64,000 nucleotides of DNA, taken from contig MU004183.1 of the NCBI GenBank assembly GCA_010093605.1, positions 1,240,001-1,304,000 on the forward strand, read 5' to 3'. The position numbers and the translations under genes were made by a program. Positions 54,013 through 64,000 of the stretch are shown here, piece after piece (the first letter of the stretch is position 1; each line of letters starts with the position of its first letter). The notes beneath the pieces are model-generated. The model was not told where the DNA came from. It did no database searches and saw nothing but the letters and a program-made list of their open reading frames with translations. Source of the DNA: Lophium mytilinum (taxonomy: Eukaryota).

Positions 54013-54169
54013 AGTATGCTACCGGTGGAGGTTTGTGTATAAGTTCATTGGGGTTTATGGGGCAAGTTATGGCAAAATGGTCAAGTTGAGCCAGATGGAA
54101 CGCCGCTCGGCATGAACGTCATATCGCTATCACAAGCCAACTGCTTCCGTCTAGCTCCATCTACAACAC

Positions 54170-54585
54170 CACGCTAGGCATGAAGAAAGTGGCACACTGC
54201 AACAGTTCAACGCTGTCTGAGGTGGCTCGAAGAGCTATTACGCTTTCCAAAGCTGTCATTTTATGAGTAGTAATAGTGGACTAGAGGACCTCCAACGGTG
54301 CTAAACAAGTACAGAAGTGATGTATACTTCACAGATTTATAGACTACTAGTTTCTAATGCTACTTATCTTTCACGTGCTCTTGCTTTATATTTCTGTTCT
54401 ATCTAGTAGACGCAGTAGGCACTTAGGTCTGCCACTGCTTGGAGTACTTCAACAAGCCTTTAGATAGCTCAAAGCTAAGAGTTCTTATCTTGTTTATATT
54501 TTAAAAATGCGTTAAAGCACCGCATGCAGCGACGGACAGGGGTACAAAAGGCAGAATAGAGTGCCATTTTTTTATGCCTCGCGTG
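54170..54585. mobile_element. MITE copy 2 (416 bp)
   Basis: TIRs cacgctaggcatgaagaaagtggcacact ... agagtgccatttttttatgcctcgcgtg. The 5-bp TSD aacac is at 54165-54169 and 54586-54590. Confidence 0.9.
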
Positions 54586-54715
54586 AACACCACGACCTCC
54601 GCCATGCACGCATCACGACATTTTCAGACCTTCAAGATGCCGAAATACAGACTAGTATGACGAGATAACAATATCTACAGCACAACAATGCGCCATAGTC
54701 GATCTAACGGCCGCC

Positions 54716-56598
54716 CTATGCCGTGATGAAACCAGCGAACCCGTTGTCCAAAGACTCACGACACTCCTTGTTGTACAACGGAATACCTCCCGCATAGTTC
54801 AGCTGCTCTCGGGGCTTCCCAGGAATATTCGCCCCCATGTACCATGATGAGGTTCCAGGGAAGAGCGTTTTGTCAGAGAGCTCCGTAACGTTCTTCCTCC
54901 AGCTCTCCTCAGCCTCCTTCGTCGCGTCAATGTATGTAATGCCCTCCTTTCGGAGCTTGGCCATAGCATCGACTATCCAGTCACCCTGGCATTCAACACA
55001 GCTTGGTCCATTGCTGAACGCGGTAGGGCCCTGCGCGCCATATAGGAAGAACATATTCCTGTTACCGTTAGTGATCAAGATTGAACAAAGGGTATTCCGA
55101 CGTGCTTACGGGAAACCATTGCATGTCATGCCTAGGTAGGACCATGTTCCGTTCTTCCATTTCTCGCCGAGGTCGATCCCATCCACATCCTTCAAGCCCA
55201 TACCCTTCATACCTCCTGTTACACTATCGAAGCCAGTAGCCAGAGCGATTACGTCGAACTCCCGAAGCTTGCCATCTACTGTCTTGATACCTGTTTCGGT
55301 AATCTCCGTGATAGGCGTCTTGTTAACGTCGACCACGTCGTTCTCCGGCTTGTCAAGTTGCTCGTAGTAGTTCTGCTCCAACGACGGTCTCTTCGTGCCC
55401 CAGGCGTGAGGTGCGGTCAATGGAGCAAGGATATCGCGCTTGCGTGGGTCTTGGATCCGAGCTCTTGTCTTCTTCACCCAGAATTTGTAGGCCTGGTCAT
55501 TGGCTTCCTTATCGAATAGCAAGTCATCGTAGTTTGCCAGCCAGAATTCGAACCCGCCAGCCTCCCAGAGCTTTTCGTAGAACTTCTCTCTCTCCTCAGG
55601 CGTGTCGTCGAAGGTTTTCCGCTTCACGAAATCATACTGGAAGCCTGCGAAAGTCGTCATGCGGTTCGCGTAGACCTCGGGATAGTTTGGGTCCTTCCTT
55701 CTAGCTTCTTGTTCTGCCGCGTTTAAGCTGCCCTGTCGCATCGGCAGGGCTAGGTTCGGTGTTCGCTGAAAAACTGTGACCGATCCTGCAGTCTTCGAGG
55801 TTTCCTGTGCAAGTTGCACGCCAGTCGAGCCGGTACCTATAACAGCAACACGTTTGCCCTTAACATCAACTCCTTGCTCCGGCCAGAATGACGAATGATG
55901 CATCTCGCCCTTGTAAGAATCGAGGCCTTTCCAGTCCGGGAAATGTCGCTTAGCTGCGAAGCCTGTTGCTAACAGAAGGTATTTCGAGCGTGCGGTACGG
56001 CCGTCTTCTGTTTTCACGATCCACCTGCTGGAGGTTTTGTCGAATTTCGCCTCTACTACCCTCGTCTCAAAAGCGGTATCCTTCTTAATATCGAGCACCT
56101 TTTCGACGTGGACGAAGTATTCTCGCAGTTCTTCGTACCCCGGGTATTTCACAGACCAGTTCCAATCCTATCCAGAGTTAGTGCTTGAGTATAATGATCA
56201 GTTGCTTTCTTACCTTCCAGACTTTCTCGATCGAGTATTCATAAATCGGGACCATGGTGTCAACCTACAAATATATTAATTAAAATGAGTGAGCAATATA
56301 AAATTATAGAATACCCTAGCGCCTGGGTAGCAGTTCCAGTGCCAGATTCCGCCGAGTTCCTACTTGAAGCATCAGACCTACGTCACTAAGACCAAGTCAC
56401 AGCAGTATTCAGACTGACCTTGCCAGCCTCATAGATCTTGCACTTGAAGCCCAACTCCCGAAGCTTGTGCATCAAATAGATGCCTCCGAACCCAGCACCC
56501 ACAATCAACACCTCAGTCTCCAGCTCTTTCGCATAGCTGTCATTATCGGAATGCGCATTCTCGTTCGTAGCACCGATGTCTGTGCGCATATGAACCAT
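54716..56598 (-). CDS. Type I Baeyer-Villiger (flavin-containing) monooxygenase, multi-exon
   Basis: FAD Rossmann motif VLIVGAGFGG, GGIWHWNCYPG, BVMO fingerprint variant YKGEMHHSSFWP, NADPH motif VIGTGSTGVQ, FQRTP and ALATGF. Confidence 0.93.
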
Positions 56599-57170
56599 AT
56601 TGAACAGTTCAGTTCCTTGATACGGAACACTCAATCGCAACAGTCTCGTCAAGGTTCGACAAGGGAGGGAGGAACAGCCACAATATAACAATCCCTGGTG
56701 CGGGATATCTCGGTATTTGGGGTAGCACAGCACTCACACAACACCTTGCCCATCGTGTACCCCTCAGTATATATATACTTCCCCCCTCTAAAGCCGTCCA
56801 GGTCCGCATTCGGCCTTCCTGCCCATGTTCCCGAGCCCACATCGTCCCACCTTGCGCACATTCCCCCAGAGCAGCCGCTCACGTGGTGCCCTGTAGATCT
56901 ACCGTGAACCAAAACCCTTGCGTGATGCGTGTAGCTCCATGCACACTCAATTCCTGGGCTCCACCCGCCGCTGGACCGTCTCCAGTCCCTTCCATTCGCC
57001 CTTAAGCCATCCATGATTCATCATGCCGAACTGCTCGAGGAATACAGCCATGGGTCCAATCATGCGTGCCAAAAGTCGCGAGTTCCAACAGGCAGTGGAG
57101 GATTAGCGCCGGGAATACGTCGACTACAGTCCTAGGCCACAAGTCTGGGCACACGGATTCATTACAACTC

Positions 57171-57371
57171 TGCTCCAACTTATCCACTCAATACCACTGT
57201 GAGGGGTAGCCTGGTTGCTGAGCAGGCAATTAGTCAAAAGGCAGTCTAATCTATACTGCTCGAATCTCGACATCGATAGTACTGTGCCATAAGTCCGGAC
57301 ACCTAAAACTATTTCTGCCTTGCTCCAACTTTGCTTACTTAATACTACTGTTTGGGGTACCCTGGTTGCTG
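57171..57371 (+). repeat. Imperfect ~50-bp direct repeat, two copies 150 bp apart
   Basis: tgctccaactt...aatac.actgt...ggggta.cctggttgctg at 57171-57220 and 57321-57371. Confidence 0.75.
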
Positions 57372-57743
57372 CACATCTAATTGATCAAGAGAGACTCTAA
57401 CATGAACTGCTTGAAGCTTGACATCGCCCTCAGGTCCTGGAAACCCTGTGGGGGTACCCCAAGCAGTGGCGTACCAGTGTGCCCAGACTTCTGGCCTGTC
57501 ACTGTAAGCCACCCGAGATACTTCCCGAACGCCTTCGCCGCGGGTGGTTTCTTAGATTGCCGCCGCCGAGGTGCAGAGGCGTGAAGGAGACGTCATGGAT
57601 GAATGGGGTTGGGTGCGGGGTTGGCTGTGGGGTTGGTTTGCGGGGAAAGGGTGTCGTGGGGGAAGGTGTTGTGCATGAGGGGGTTGGTTTTGGGAAGGTT
57701 TGCCGATCGCAAGAGGATGGTTCGTTGCCTGCATCTACCGCAT

Positions 57744-58162
57744 CTCGCTAGGCATGAAAAAGGTGGCACACCCAGCAAGCACGCTGTCTTGTGCGGTCGG
57801 GTGTACACCTGTCTGCCACTGCTTGGAGTACTTCAATGCATTTTTAAAAATTAAAAACTCTCAGCTTTGGGCTATAAGGAAACATGTTAAGGCACTCCAA
57901 GCAGTGGTAGACCGGAGCACTTACTGTAACTACTACGTAGAATAGCCGTAAGAGAGTGTTGTAGGTAACTAGTAGTAGATATTATGTCTATAAATCTGTA
58001 AGATATTTCTAATACTTCTATGCCTGTTTAGTACCGTTAGAGGTCCTCCAGCATGCTATTACTACTCATGAAAAAACAGCTTTGGCAAACCTGATAGCTC
58101 TTCGAACCACCTCAGACAGTGTTGAACTGCTGTAGTGTGCCACTTTTTTCATGCCTAGCGTG
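57744..58162. mobile_element. MITE copy 3 (419 bp), inverted relative to copy 2
   Basis: TIRs ctcgctaggcatgaaaaaggtggcacac ... agtgtgccacttttttcatgcctagcgtg. Flanks are cgcat / cgcgt (a 4-of-5 TSD match). The reverse complement aligns with copy 2. Confidence 0.9.
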
Positions 58163-58688
58163 CGCGTCTAGAAGAGTAACCGTGATGTGCGGAAGGGATT
58201 GCGGATTTACTTCCGTGTGATCGTTTAAAAATTCGTGAAGTGTGGAAGAGGGGAGGCGGTTGGTCACAATGGCTTCACGCATGATTCAGGGAGCATAGGT
58301 TATCTGAAGAGGGTTCATTGATTCTTTTTAGTAGTACCTTTGTGAGCTTCGTGCATGGACCGTTCTGATTGTTCTCCAATGATCAGCCTGATTACCGTAA
58401 GAGTGTTGAACAGTTGTCTCGAAGGAGGCGAACGCCTTGAAGACATCCCCCAGTTCGTCACCAGTAAAGTAAAAGAGAAGAGAAACAAAGAAGTAAGGCA
58501 AAGGAACTAGCTCCAATACCACAAGCAAACCCCAGTCGTAGCCACAAACTTATCGAGAATCGTGTCATGTGAAGGAAACAAGAGGACTGTCGAAACCCAG
58601 CAAACACTGTGAGAGAACTCTTTCTGTGCCATGGGGTAGGTGGTGTACACTCGACTTCTCGCTCCAACACGAGTAGAGACACGCGAAC

Positions 58689-60519
58689 TTAGCCACTCCG
58701 GGTGCTTGGTCCAGCCTTGTCCTGGGCCGCGGCGTCCTTCTTGATGTTGTCGACCTCGCGCACGGCAAGCTGGTGGATCAGGTTCGTCTTGTTGGCAGAA
58801 GTGTTCAGGCCCTTGAGGGCGCTCATGCGCTTCAGCTCCGCGAGGGTGAGCTTCTGATCCATGGCCTTGAGACGCTCCACGAATTCAGCCTTAGATCTGC
58901 CTTCCTTGGACAACGACTTAGCAGCGCACAAGGCCTTGAGCTGTTGGAGGGACAAAGCAGCGCGAGGGTCCGGAGTCGCAGGAGTGATGGTGTCCAAGGT
59001 CTTGATAGAGAGGAGAGTAGCGCTCGATCGGCCCTTGGGATCCGACCCAGCTAGCTTCTTGTGCTCGGCTTTCTCATCTCGCTTCTTCCTAATCTCGTCG
59101 GCCTTCTTGAATCCGTGGAGTTTCTTCTCCGCCTTCTCTTGTTCCCGACGAGCCTTGTACTCCGCATTCAGTTGGCGCTTGCGAGCGGCCTCTGCAGCCT
59201 TCTCCGCGTGAACGAGCTTAGCCGCCTCCGCAGTCAGACGCTCGGCTGCGTCCTTTTCGGCCTTCTCCTTCTTGGCTAACTCGCGGGCTTTTTCACGGGA
59301 CTCCTGGTAAGCCTGCAGCTCTTCGCGACGCTTCTGTGGGTTGTCGTCGAGTTCAATTGGGATGGAAGCAGTGCCGTTCACGAGTCCAATGTAGCGTTCC
59401 TTACAGGCCTTCGAGGAGAAGATAGCCTCCGGGCTGAGTTTGTGCATGTAGTCCGAGACCTTGTCGAAACGCTTCAGACGAAGACGCTTGATCGTATCCT
59501 CAATTTCGGCATCTGCGAGGTCTTTAGCCTTCATAAGGAGGATGTCCTGTGCACAATTTAGTCTCCGAGTGCTACGATACATAGTGGGAAAAGCACTTAC
59601 GTCCTCATACTGCCACTCCTTGTAGCCTTCCAGCAACATATCATCCACGCGCTTAGCTTGAGCGAACCGAATACGCTGGAAGCGAGTGTTGATGGTCTTC
59701 CGGTTGTACTGGATGCGGCCCTCTGAACGCAGACGGTCCGAGACCTGGCCGTCGCTGTATCCCTGTTCTTTCATGGAGACAATAAGCTCATCGTCAGAGT
59801 CAAGCTCTGCCGTGACCTTCTTCGCATAGGCCAGCAAGCCGCCGGACACCTTGATTTTTCGGACGTTGGGATTGTTTACGATGTTGGGACGCAGTCCCAT
59901 GGCAGCAGACGGGATCTCAGGCTCGGCAGGGTCCTCCAGGAGGAACCAGGATGAACTATCGCTGTTCTGGTTGACTGCACCTTTGCGAGCAATTTTGCTA
60001 GTCCGATGATGCTGCGCAACTGCCATATCGAAATTGTCTTCCAGCTCTGGATGGTCATCTTCGCTGCTAGACTCGTCGGATTCGTCGGGGCCCACGATGA
60101 GGCCGGCCTCCATGTCTTCCTGGTCTAACTCGCCGACGTCTGCCATGGCGTTGAAGTCTTCGAGCTTGGAGAGATCAAAGTCATCCTCTTCGATAGCCGT
60201 GAAGTCCTCCAGCTTGGAGAGATCGAAGCCTATGTCGCTGCCGTTTGACTCGTAGCCCGCCATGTCATTGTCACTCAGCTGGTCATCGGCACTCATGTAG
60301 GGATCTACTTTTAGTGTTAGTAAACAGTCGATAGACCGAGGACAGGGTGACCTGACTTGACAACTCCGAGGACAACATAGCGATATCACTGGAGCCAGAT
60401 GCTTCATGCTCGTCGTTCGGGTTGTCGAAAACATTGGCGCTCTGAGTGTTCACACCATTGGAGGCGACCAGCTCGTGGGGAGGGCCGCTTCCAGTGTTGT
60501 GGACGGTGGGGTCAGACAT
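58689..60519 (-). CDS. Hypothetical nuclear protein: acidic N-terminus, Myb/HTH-like domain, charged coiled coil and two SAP-like motifs
   Basis: LDSDDELIVSMKEQGYSDGQVSDRL..EGRIQYNRKTINTRF, a K/E/A-rich helix, LSLQQLKALC..KSLSKEG.SKAEFVERL and LTLAELKRM...GLNTSANKTNLIHQL. Introns near 59547-59600 and about 60307-60358. The start is tentative. Confidence 0.75.
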
Positions 60520-63500
60520 GTTTGCGAGTGTCTGGTGGTGCTGAGTCCAGTCCGTGGAGTCAGAGGCGCGTCTAAAGAACAGTCAGAGCGAGCTCTAAAT
60601 GCGAGCGCAGGCGCGGGCAACGAGCGTAGCTATGGCGACGGTAGCGAGGTCGTTGGTGGAAGGAAAGGGCAGTTTAAATAAGCCCTGACACGTCTTCGGC
60701 AAATGACCTCACCAAGAATCAGGCAGACGTCGAACGTGGAGATGGAGTGCCGTGAAAATCACCTCACTTGCTTGTACTGGCTGCTAGATCGGAGTCGGAC
60801 TTGACTTACCTTTGGGGATGTTCGGGGATGCTTCGATATATCCAGGTCTCTCGCAAAGACTTAAGTTAGTAGGCGAGATGGATTAGAAAATCTGTCGAGG
60901 GTCCCTCGATGGGTGGAATGTATTTCCAAAAGATGGAGGCTGACGAATGAGTTGAAGTGGAAAGGGAGTGTGTTGACCTCTGAGCTTGCGAGGGAGCTTC
61001 GAATGGTCAAGATAGCTCCCGAAGATATAAGCTGATCCTAGTGGGTTAGAGTGGAAAGTGTACAGGTTGGCCCTCGAGCTTTTGAAGGAGCCTAGACTTA
61101 TATAGAACGCTCCCAAAGGATACAAAAAGATCGGGAGTGAGTAGAAGTAGATAGTGAGGAGAGTGCACCGAGATTGTTCACTTTGAACTCTTCGAGGGAG
61201 CTTCGAATTATGCAGAGTAGACTCAAGGGCAGAGCTCGACGAGAACGATTCAGGATATCTAGTGCCCGTAATGTTGTTTCAATATCACTTCGTCCAGGTT
61301 TAAGAGATGTGCCCAACTCAGCTAAAGTCACGGAGAGCCTCGATCTTAGGACGTAGCTTCTAAGGACGGAGACTAAGGAACCCAACTTAGAGCAGAAACT
61401 CTCTATGTGAACAGTATTGAAGATAGAAATAGTCGATGCAGGTACCGAGCCATGGCCAACCGCGATGGTGTTTCTCTCTTGTAAGAACTCTGGCCTAATG
61501 AACGGAGGAATCTCGAGAGCCGAATGACACGAACAGTGACTCGAAGAAAGTTAGATCCAAATACAAAAAGAATCCCGAGAGATATGTAAAGAAACGTTGC
61601 TCACTGACTATATGTAAAATCAGATATGCGATCAGAGACTTCATCCTAAATAGCATTTCTATGTTACGAGCACCTGCTTCTCTTTCTCTTTCTTTTTTTG
61701 AGCAGCAAAGCAGCCCCCCCAATGGAAATCTCGGCCTACATCGTTGATGAAAAGGGGCTCGTGACTCGAAGCTTCAACATATAATAACTCCATCTCCAGA
61801 TTCGTGCACCGTCATCCATCGAGGTTACCGAGACGCCAAGAGAAGTAAAGCAACAGCTCAACCCTAAAGGCATTGACGAAGGGCATCAGCTCTAAGTGAC
61901 CAAGACCATCTTTCAAAAGCAGGGCATAAATTTAAGGCCCTTGAGGAGATGGCATGCGGACGCAACAAGGAGAGTAGCGCATAGACAGCGGAAAAACAGC
62001 GGTAGAGCACACACACTCTCACCGCAAAAAAAGCAAGAATTACCTTCCATTGCAAAGTCTCACCCTACACAACCATGGAGCATCTTGACAGAACCCTAAG
62101 ACTAGTAACGGAGGTCAGTAGCAGAGCAGTCCACCCCGAAGTCAAGAAAAAGGCGGACCAAGCCCGCTAACCCCTCTCGATTCCCTCCCCAAAACCCCAC
62201 CCAATCACAAGCCCCCCATTTCACCCCCAGCCAACCAACCAACCACCCACTGCACCCCAATCCCAATCCCACCTTCCCCTTCCCTCCAAACAATCCTCCC
62301 AAATTCTCTAGCCTCCCACCGCAACCCACCCAATCCCCAAATTCCCTCACAGAAAAAACCCCGAAACCCCCGACTCCCGCCGATCGGTAACGGGCCCCGA
62401 AACGTGAAACACGCCGCACCCAGCGCCCCCAGACCGCTAATCTCCCCCAAACCCACGCGCACACTCATCAGCAGCCACCATTTCTGACAAGCCAAGAAGG
62501 CCCAAGAGTCCCCGCGGAACTTGGCCCTCGTACGGGTTTTCAGCTGAGGAGGATTAAAGTGATTTGCAAAACTTTCCTAAACCCCCCAAAACTCGTTAGG
62601 AACCGTGTTTTCAAGATGCAGGTTCGAAACCCCCCGGTGAATCTATCGGGTGCAGATGGTGTCAGGACCCGAGTTTCTTCGCTCGTGCCGTCTTAGCTTC
62701 GGTTTCTAGAAGCTACGAAGGAGGATCGGGGGTTTGAGAGGGGTGCGATCTAGACTGTGTAGTCTGCATAAGGCATCGCTAGTCTACCGAACTTTGGACG
62801 AGAAAATTTCTGTGTCTGTGTGCCGAGGGAAAATCGAGACGCGGTGGGGTGTTTGACATGTTAGTTTTGAGTATCAATTCTGTAGGAGGCGCGATGGTAA
62901 AGAAGCGATCGTGTCAGAATGGATGATTGGGAGTACTTCGTAGGCAAAGTCGCGCAGAAGAAAAGACTGGCTGATTAGGGATATCATGTAACGCTACTTG
63001 GCGGCTGTGAAGCGACGACAATGTTTATCCTTACTACGACTGGAGTACTCGAAACAGTCGGTTACGTGAGAGGACTGAGTGACGTAGAGAGTTTCGATGA
63101 ATTATCGCGAGGCAAGCACCACCAGCATCATATTCAGGGAAGCTTCTATTTTGAACTTTGCCGTCAATTACGAGCGACTATAAACCTATGTAAACAGAAA
63201 GGTATGCCCGCTTTTGCTTACACTGCTTGAGTCGAGTGTCCGAATAAAGACAACTAACTACAGTGATGCGACGAGGGTGATGGTGTGGGGTTGTGATGAT
63301 ACGGAGAGCCGGAATGAGAGAGCGGACGGACAGAACGTAGCAGTCCACTACAGACAGGATATGTCCGAGAAGAGAGATAGAGACAGAAGAAAATGAGTGA
63401 CAAAGACAGCTCCGTATAATCCCGCGCCCACATGAAGGATCCTCTTTAGCCCGATAACCCCATTCGCCTATAGACTATACAAACCGGATCAGTCATGAAG

Positions 63501-63835
63501 GAGAAAGTATCACTAAAACAAACATCTCGAAGCCAGCAAATCTATCCACGAAATATAGCTCTACAAAGGGGAGCAGAAGAGTATGGGGAGATTTGGCGAA
63601 CAGCTAGAAGCGTCCCGTAACTCTCGTCAAACATGACTGCACCCAAGATAACTCAAGGAAAAGATCCAATGCCAGGACATGATACAGGGGAGGTGGAGGA
63701 GAGGGACACGAGGATAGTGTCATCGATCGTTCGCGGGGATGAGTTGCAATCGTCGCTAGAATCCGGAGGAACAAAGGCGCTTCAGCAAGTGATAATGGCA
63801 GGACAGGAGAAAATCGTTATCGTCAAGTTGCCGCG

Positions 63836-64000
63836 CTAGTGTCCATCTGGATTTGTGACCTACAAGTGTGTTAGACAGGGTCCAGGTAACTAAGGTTGAA
63901 GGTGTGAACATACCTTCAATATCCGCCGCGAGTAGTCTTGGTTGTCCGCGATGCTGCCATCGCTCTGCCTCCTCATCATGACCTCGGGGTCGAGTCTTGA
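63836..64000 (-). CDS. 3' end of a WSC-type cell-wall stress sensor (partial)
   Basis: SRLDPEVMMRRQSDGSIADNQDYSRRILK|VTNPDGH* with intron 63860-63913. DYSRR.L.VTNPD is the characteristic Wsc cytoplasmic tail. Confidence 0.85.

Noticed and set aside
54165..54594. A 9-bp (MULE-type) TSD aacaccacg around MITE copy 2
   Set aside because: It would overlap the left TIR and make the ends asymmetric. The other two copies show 5-bp duplications.
54165..58167. A single composite transposon that delivered the BVMO gene
   Set aside because: The outer flanks (aacac versus cgcgt) do not match, and each MITE has its own TSD, indicating independent insertions.
62610..62640. tRNA-like B-box GGTTCGAAACC
   Set aside because: The flanks do not form a T-stem, and no acceptor or anticodon arms can be built.
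63633..63839. 68-aa plus-strand ORF MTAPKITQG...
   Set aside because: It lies antisense in the 3' UTR of the WSC-type gene and has no supporting motifs.

Overview
This is gene-dense genomic DNA from a filamentous ascomycete (Pezizomycotina). Introns are short (about 50-60 nt), GT-AG or GC-AG, with CTAAC/CTGAC branch sites. About 24 protein-coding loci are recognisable. Housekeeping genes are eIF3l (3' end), an E2 ubiquitin-conjugating enzyme, a BTB protein, YAK1, eIF3c/NIP1, MSN5, a GH5 EGCrP-type glucosidase, DNAJC3/JEM1, LDB17/SPIN90, a cyclin K/T, an EMC10-like protein, an ABC1/UbiB kinase and the 3' end of a WSC sensor. Three things stand out. (1) A candidate ureide nitrogen-scavenging cluster at 7.1-15.7 kb: a spliced biuret/triuret-hydrolase-like cysteine hydrolase fused to allophanate hydrolase, a divergently transcribed NCS1 permease and a Dal81/TamA-like Zn2Cys6 regulator. 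(2) A MITE family with CACG termini and 5-bp target-site duplications: three full copies and two eroded cores, with one full copy and one core inside introns. (3) An accessory block at 24.7-36.2 kb containing a Copia-protease-like host gene, a head-to-head pair of unknown paralogs, a HeLo-like/ankyrin pseudogene and several premature stops. All family assignments come from motif recognition by eye; no database searches were run.
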